Positions 43,013 to 45,052 of a DNA stretch of 45,052 bases are shown piece by piece. The notes beneath the pieces are model-generated. The model ran no database searches. It worked only from the letters and a program-made list of their open reading frames with translations, and was not told the origin of the DNA. The stretch spans positions 1-45,052 of IMG/VR virus record IMGVR_UViG_3300025296_000029. One strand, written 5' to 3'. This DNA comes from a virus. Lineage: Duplodnaviria > Caudoviricetes. Position numbers and translations under genes: made by a program. Position 1 is the stretch's first letter. Each line of letters starts with the position of its first letter.

Positions 43013-43669
43013 ATGGCTGGACGTACTTTATTAGATATATTCACTGGTGGCAGAGTTAAACATACTGGAGTAGGTAAGTATAGAGGATCACCAGGAGCTG
43101 CACCTACTGTTCCAGCTGTGTTTTCTAAGTTATATGAATCAATGACAGAATATCAAGAAAGAGGAATGTCTGAAGAAGTTTTTCCAGCAGGTAAAAATAT
43201 ATTTGGTCAACCTACAGAGCCTATAACTCAGGGTAATTTGTATGAAATTGCTATGGGTGCAGCTGGAGTTGGTGCTGTTGTTAAAACAGCTAGTACTGCA
43301 AGGAGGTTATTCTCAGGATGGGCAGAGAATTTACGTAAATATAGGGGAGAAAGTAAAGCAACGGATGCTATTATAAATAGAGCTTCTAGGCTTGTAAATG
43401 AAAATGATATAAAGGGAACTCAAAACTCTTTAGTTAAACTAAATAACAAACTAGGGTTAGGAAAAAAAGTAGTGGTTCCTGAAATTAAAGGAGCTGCTGG
43501 AGCTGGAACGAAACAAGCTGCACAGGCAAAAGGAGCTACAAAGAAAGCAGAAGACCCATTAATGACTAGAATTAGAAAAGAAGGTGAGTTTGAGGCTAAG
43601 ACAGCTAAAAAGAAACTAAAAGAAAGTGGCGATGAGCCATATAGTCCAATGACTCGGAAGTACGACTAA
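43013..43669 (+). CDS. Hypothetical basic protein
   Basis: ORF between TerL and portal. Confidence 0.65.
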   Translation: MAGRTLLDIFTGGRVKHTGVGKYRGSPGAAPTVPAVFSKLYESMTEYQERGMSEEVFPAGKNIFGQPTEPITQGNLYEIAMGAAGVGAVVKTASTARRLFSGWAENLRKYRGESKATDAIINRASRLVNENDIKGTQNSLVKLNNKLGLGKKVVVPEIKGAAGAGTKQAAQAKGATKKAEDPLMTRIRKEGEFEAKTAKKKLKESGDEPYSPMTRKYD

Positions 43670-44046
43670 TGCCTCCTCAAAATCAAATTTCAACAAATGC
43701 AGGTTCATTAAAAGGTGGTAATTATTGGCAGAATTTCGTACCTCATCAGAAATTCTCATTAGATCAGCAATATGCTGGAAAACAACCTCTGATTAGTTCA
43801 CCACTTTTTATGAGTCATAGTACAACTGATCTTTCATCGTCTACCTATGGCACTGGTTACTCTGGTGATCAAAGCAGAAGTCTTTCTGATTTTTTAGATA
43901 TTAAATCAATTATTAAGAGTGGAGGAAAAAAAGGAGCTGTTGTGTTTCCAGTTGGTAAAAGTGGTGTCCTTTCAGGTCGTTGGGATGTAAGTGGAAAATC
44001 ACCATATGAGCATAAAGCAAAGTTAAAATATAGTTGGTCAATATAA
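43669..44046 (+). CDS. Hypothetical protein
   Basis: TAATG coupling; C-terminal amphipathic beta-strands. Confidence 0.6.
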   Translation: MPPQNQISTNAGSLKGGNYWQNFVPHQKFSLDQQYAGKQPLISSPLFMSHSTTDLSSSTYGTGYSGDQSRSLSDFLDIKSIIKSGGKKGAVVFPVGKSGVLSGRWDVSGKSPYEHKAKLKYSWSI

Positions 44047-44047
44047 A

Positions 44048-44530
44048 ATGCCTAATGGGAAAGAATATTCATTTGGGGAGACTTATTCTCCATTTGGCTC
44101 AGAGTCAATGAGTTTTACTCCTGAAGCAGGTAAATCAATTGAAAGCGCAGTTTCAGATTGGTTGAAAACAGGAGGAGATGTATCAAAATGGGGAGGGTTA
44201 GGAGGCAAACTGAAGAAAGGATTAGACGTAGTGAACCTTTTTGGGTCTGCATCAAGAACATATGCAGAGCAGGAAGCTTTATATAAAGAAAAAGGTCCAG
44301 GATATGCTAAGAAACCTGGAACATCATTACATGAAACTGGAACAGCTGTTGATATTCCTGAATCCCTTGCGTATTTTAGAAATTGGTTAGCTGAATCTGG
44401 GCAAAAATATGGGTGGAGTCAGAGAAAGTATAGTGGAACTAAACATCATTTTGAATATAACAAACCTGTGCAATCTTCAGAAGATTTAGCAATGTCTGCT
44501 ATGCAAAAACCAAGTGAATCTTTATTTTAA
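44048..44530 (+). CDS. M15 (VanY-like) peptidase
   Basis: SASRTYAEQ..LY...AKKPGTSLHETGTAVD...WL...KYGW...HHFEY. Confidence 0.8.
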   Translation: MPNGKEYSFGETYSPFGSESMSFTPEAGKSIESAVSDWLKTGGDVSKWGGLGGKLKKGLDVVNLFGSASRTYAEQEALYKEKGPGYAKKPGTSLHETGTAVDIPESLAYFRNWLAESGQKYGWSQRKYSGTKHHFEYNKPVQSSEDLAMSAMQKPSESLF

Positions 44531-44544
44531 TTAAGGAGTAAGTA

Positions 44545-45052
44545 TTGGCTAAAAGAGGAAGAAAAAATAAAGCAGCTATCAATAAGCAATTATGGGATAG
44601 AGCTAACGGTACAGATAGATCAAAGTGGTATTTAAAAAGTCAGAAAGGCTATGATTTTTATTTAGACGAACAGCTCTCTGAGGCTGATAGGGATTCTTTA
44701 GAAGAAGCTGGAATGCCAACATTCACGATTAATAGGATATTACCTATTATCGAGATAATGAGATATTTTGTAACCGCTAATAACCCAAGGTGGAAAGCTG
44801 TCGGTGTGACTGGTGATGATGTTGATATTGCTCAAGTACACTCAGAACTTGCTGATTATTGTTGGCATTTGTCTAATGGTAAGTCTGTTTATGGTCAAGT
44901 AATATTAGATAGCTTAGTCAAAGGGCTAGGTTATTTTCTTGTAGATGTAGATCAAGACGCTGATCATGGTAAAGGTGAAGTAACTTTTAGTCGTATTGAT
45001 CCATATGATGTATTTGTAGACCCTGCAAGTAGAGACTTCTTATTCAGAGATG
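44545..45052 (+). CDS. Portal protein (P22-like), 3'-partial, TTG start
   Basis: AAGGAG RBS; YDFYLDEQL...GMPTFTINRILP...DVDIA...KGLGY...RIDPYDVFVDPASRD; frame is open to the window end. Confidence 0.85.
   Translation, partial: MAKRGRKNKAAINKQLWDRANGTDRSKWYLKSQKGYDFYLDEQLSEADRDSLEEAGMPTFTINRILPIIEIMRYFVTANNPRWKAVGVTGDDVDIAQVHSELADYCWHLSNGKSVYGQVILDSLVKGLGYFLVDVDQDADHGKGEVTFSRIDPYDVFVDPASRDFLFRD

Noticed and set aside
1-45052. Stop-codon reassignment as in some crAss-like phages
   Set aside because: Genes are long and intact in the standard code, and TAA, TAG and TGA all end well-supported genes.

Overview
AT-rich fragment of a tailed dsDNA phage genome with a podovirus-like layout and strong AAGGAG Shine-Dalgarno sites; the host is unknown. 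Bases 1-23981 (+) carry a tail fibre with an autocleaving chaperone, a lysis cassette, tail proteins and a block of probable ejection proteins. That block includes a 2943-aa protein with two-barrel RNA polymerase motifs (DHDGD), a candidate virion RNA polymerase. Bases 23992-37815 (-) form an early/middle arm of about 45 mostly small genes: Holliday junction resolvase, SET-domain protein, Cas4-like exonuclease, annealing protein, SSB-like protein, and many zinc-finger and membrane microproteins. This arm has no recognisable polymerase, primase or helicase, and it is interspersed with at least seven non-coding elements each closed by a long terminal stem, four of them in a tandem array at 25048-25620. 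After a divergent intergenic region, bases 38120-45052 (+) carry a putative terminase small subunit, a metallophosphoesterase, the terminase large subunit, accessory peptidases and the 5' part of the portal gene. All calls come from reading motifs by eye; no database searches were run.
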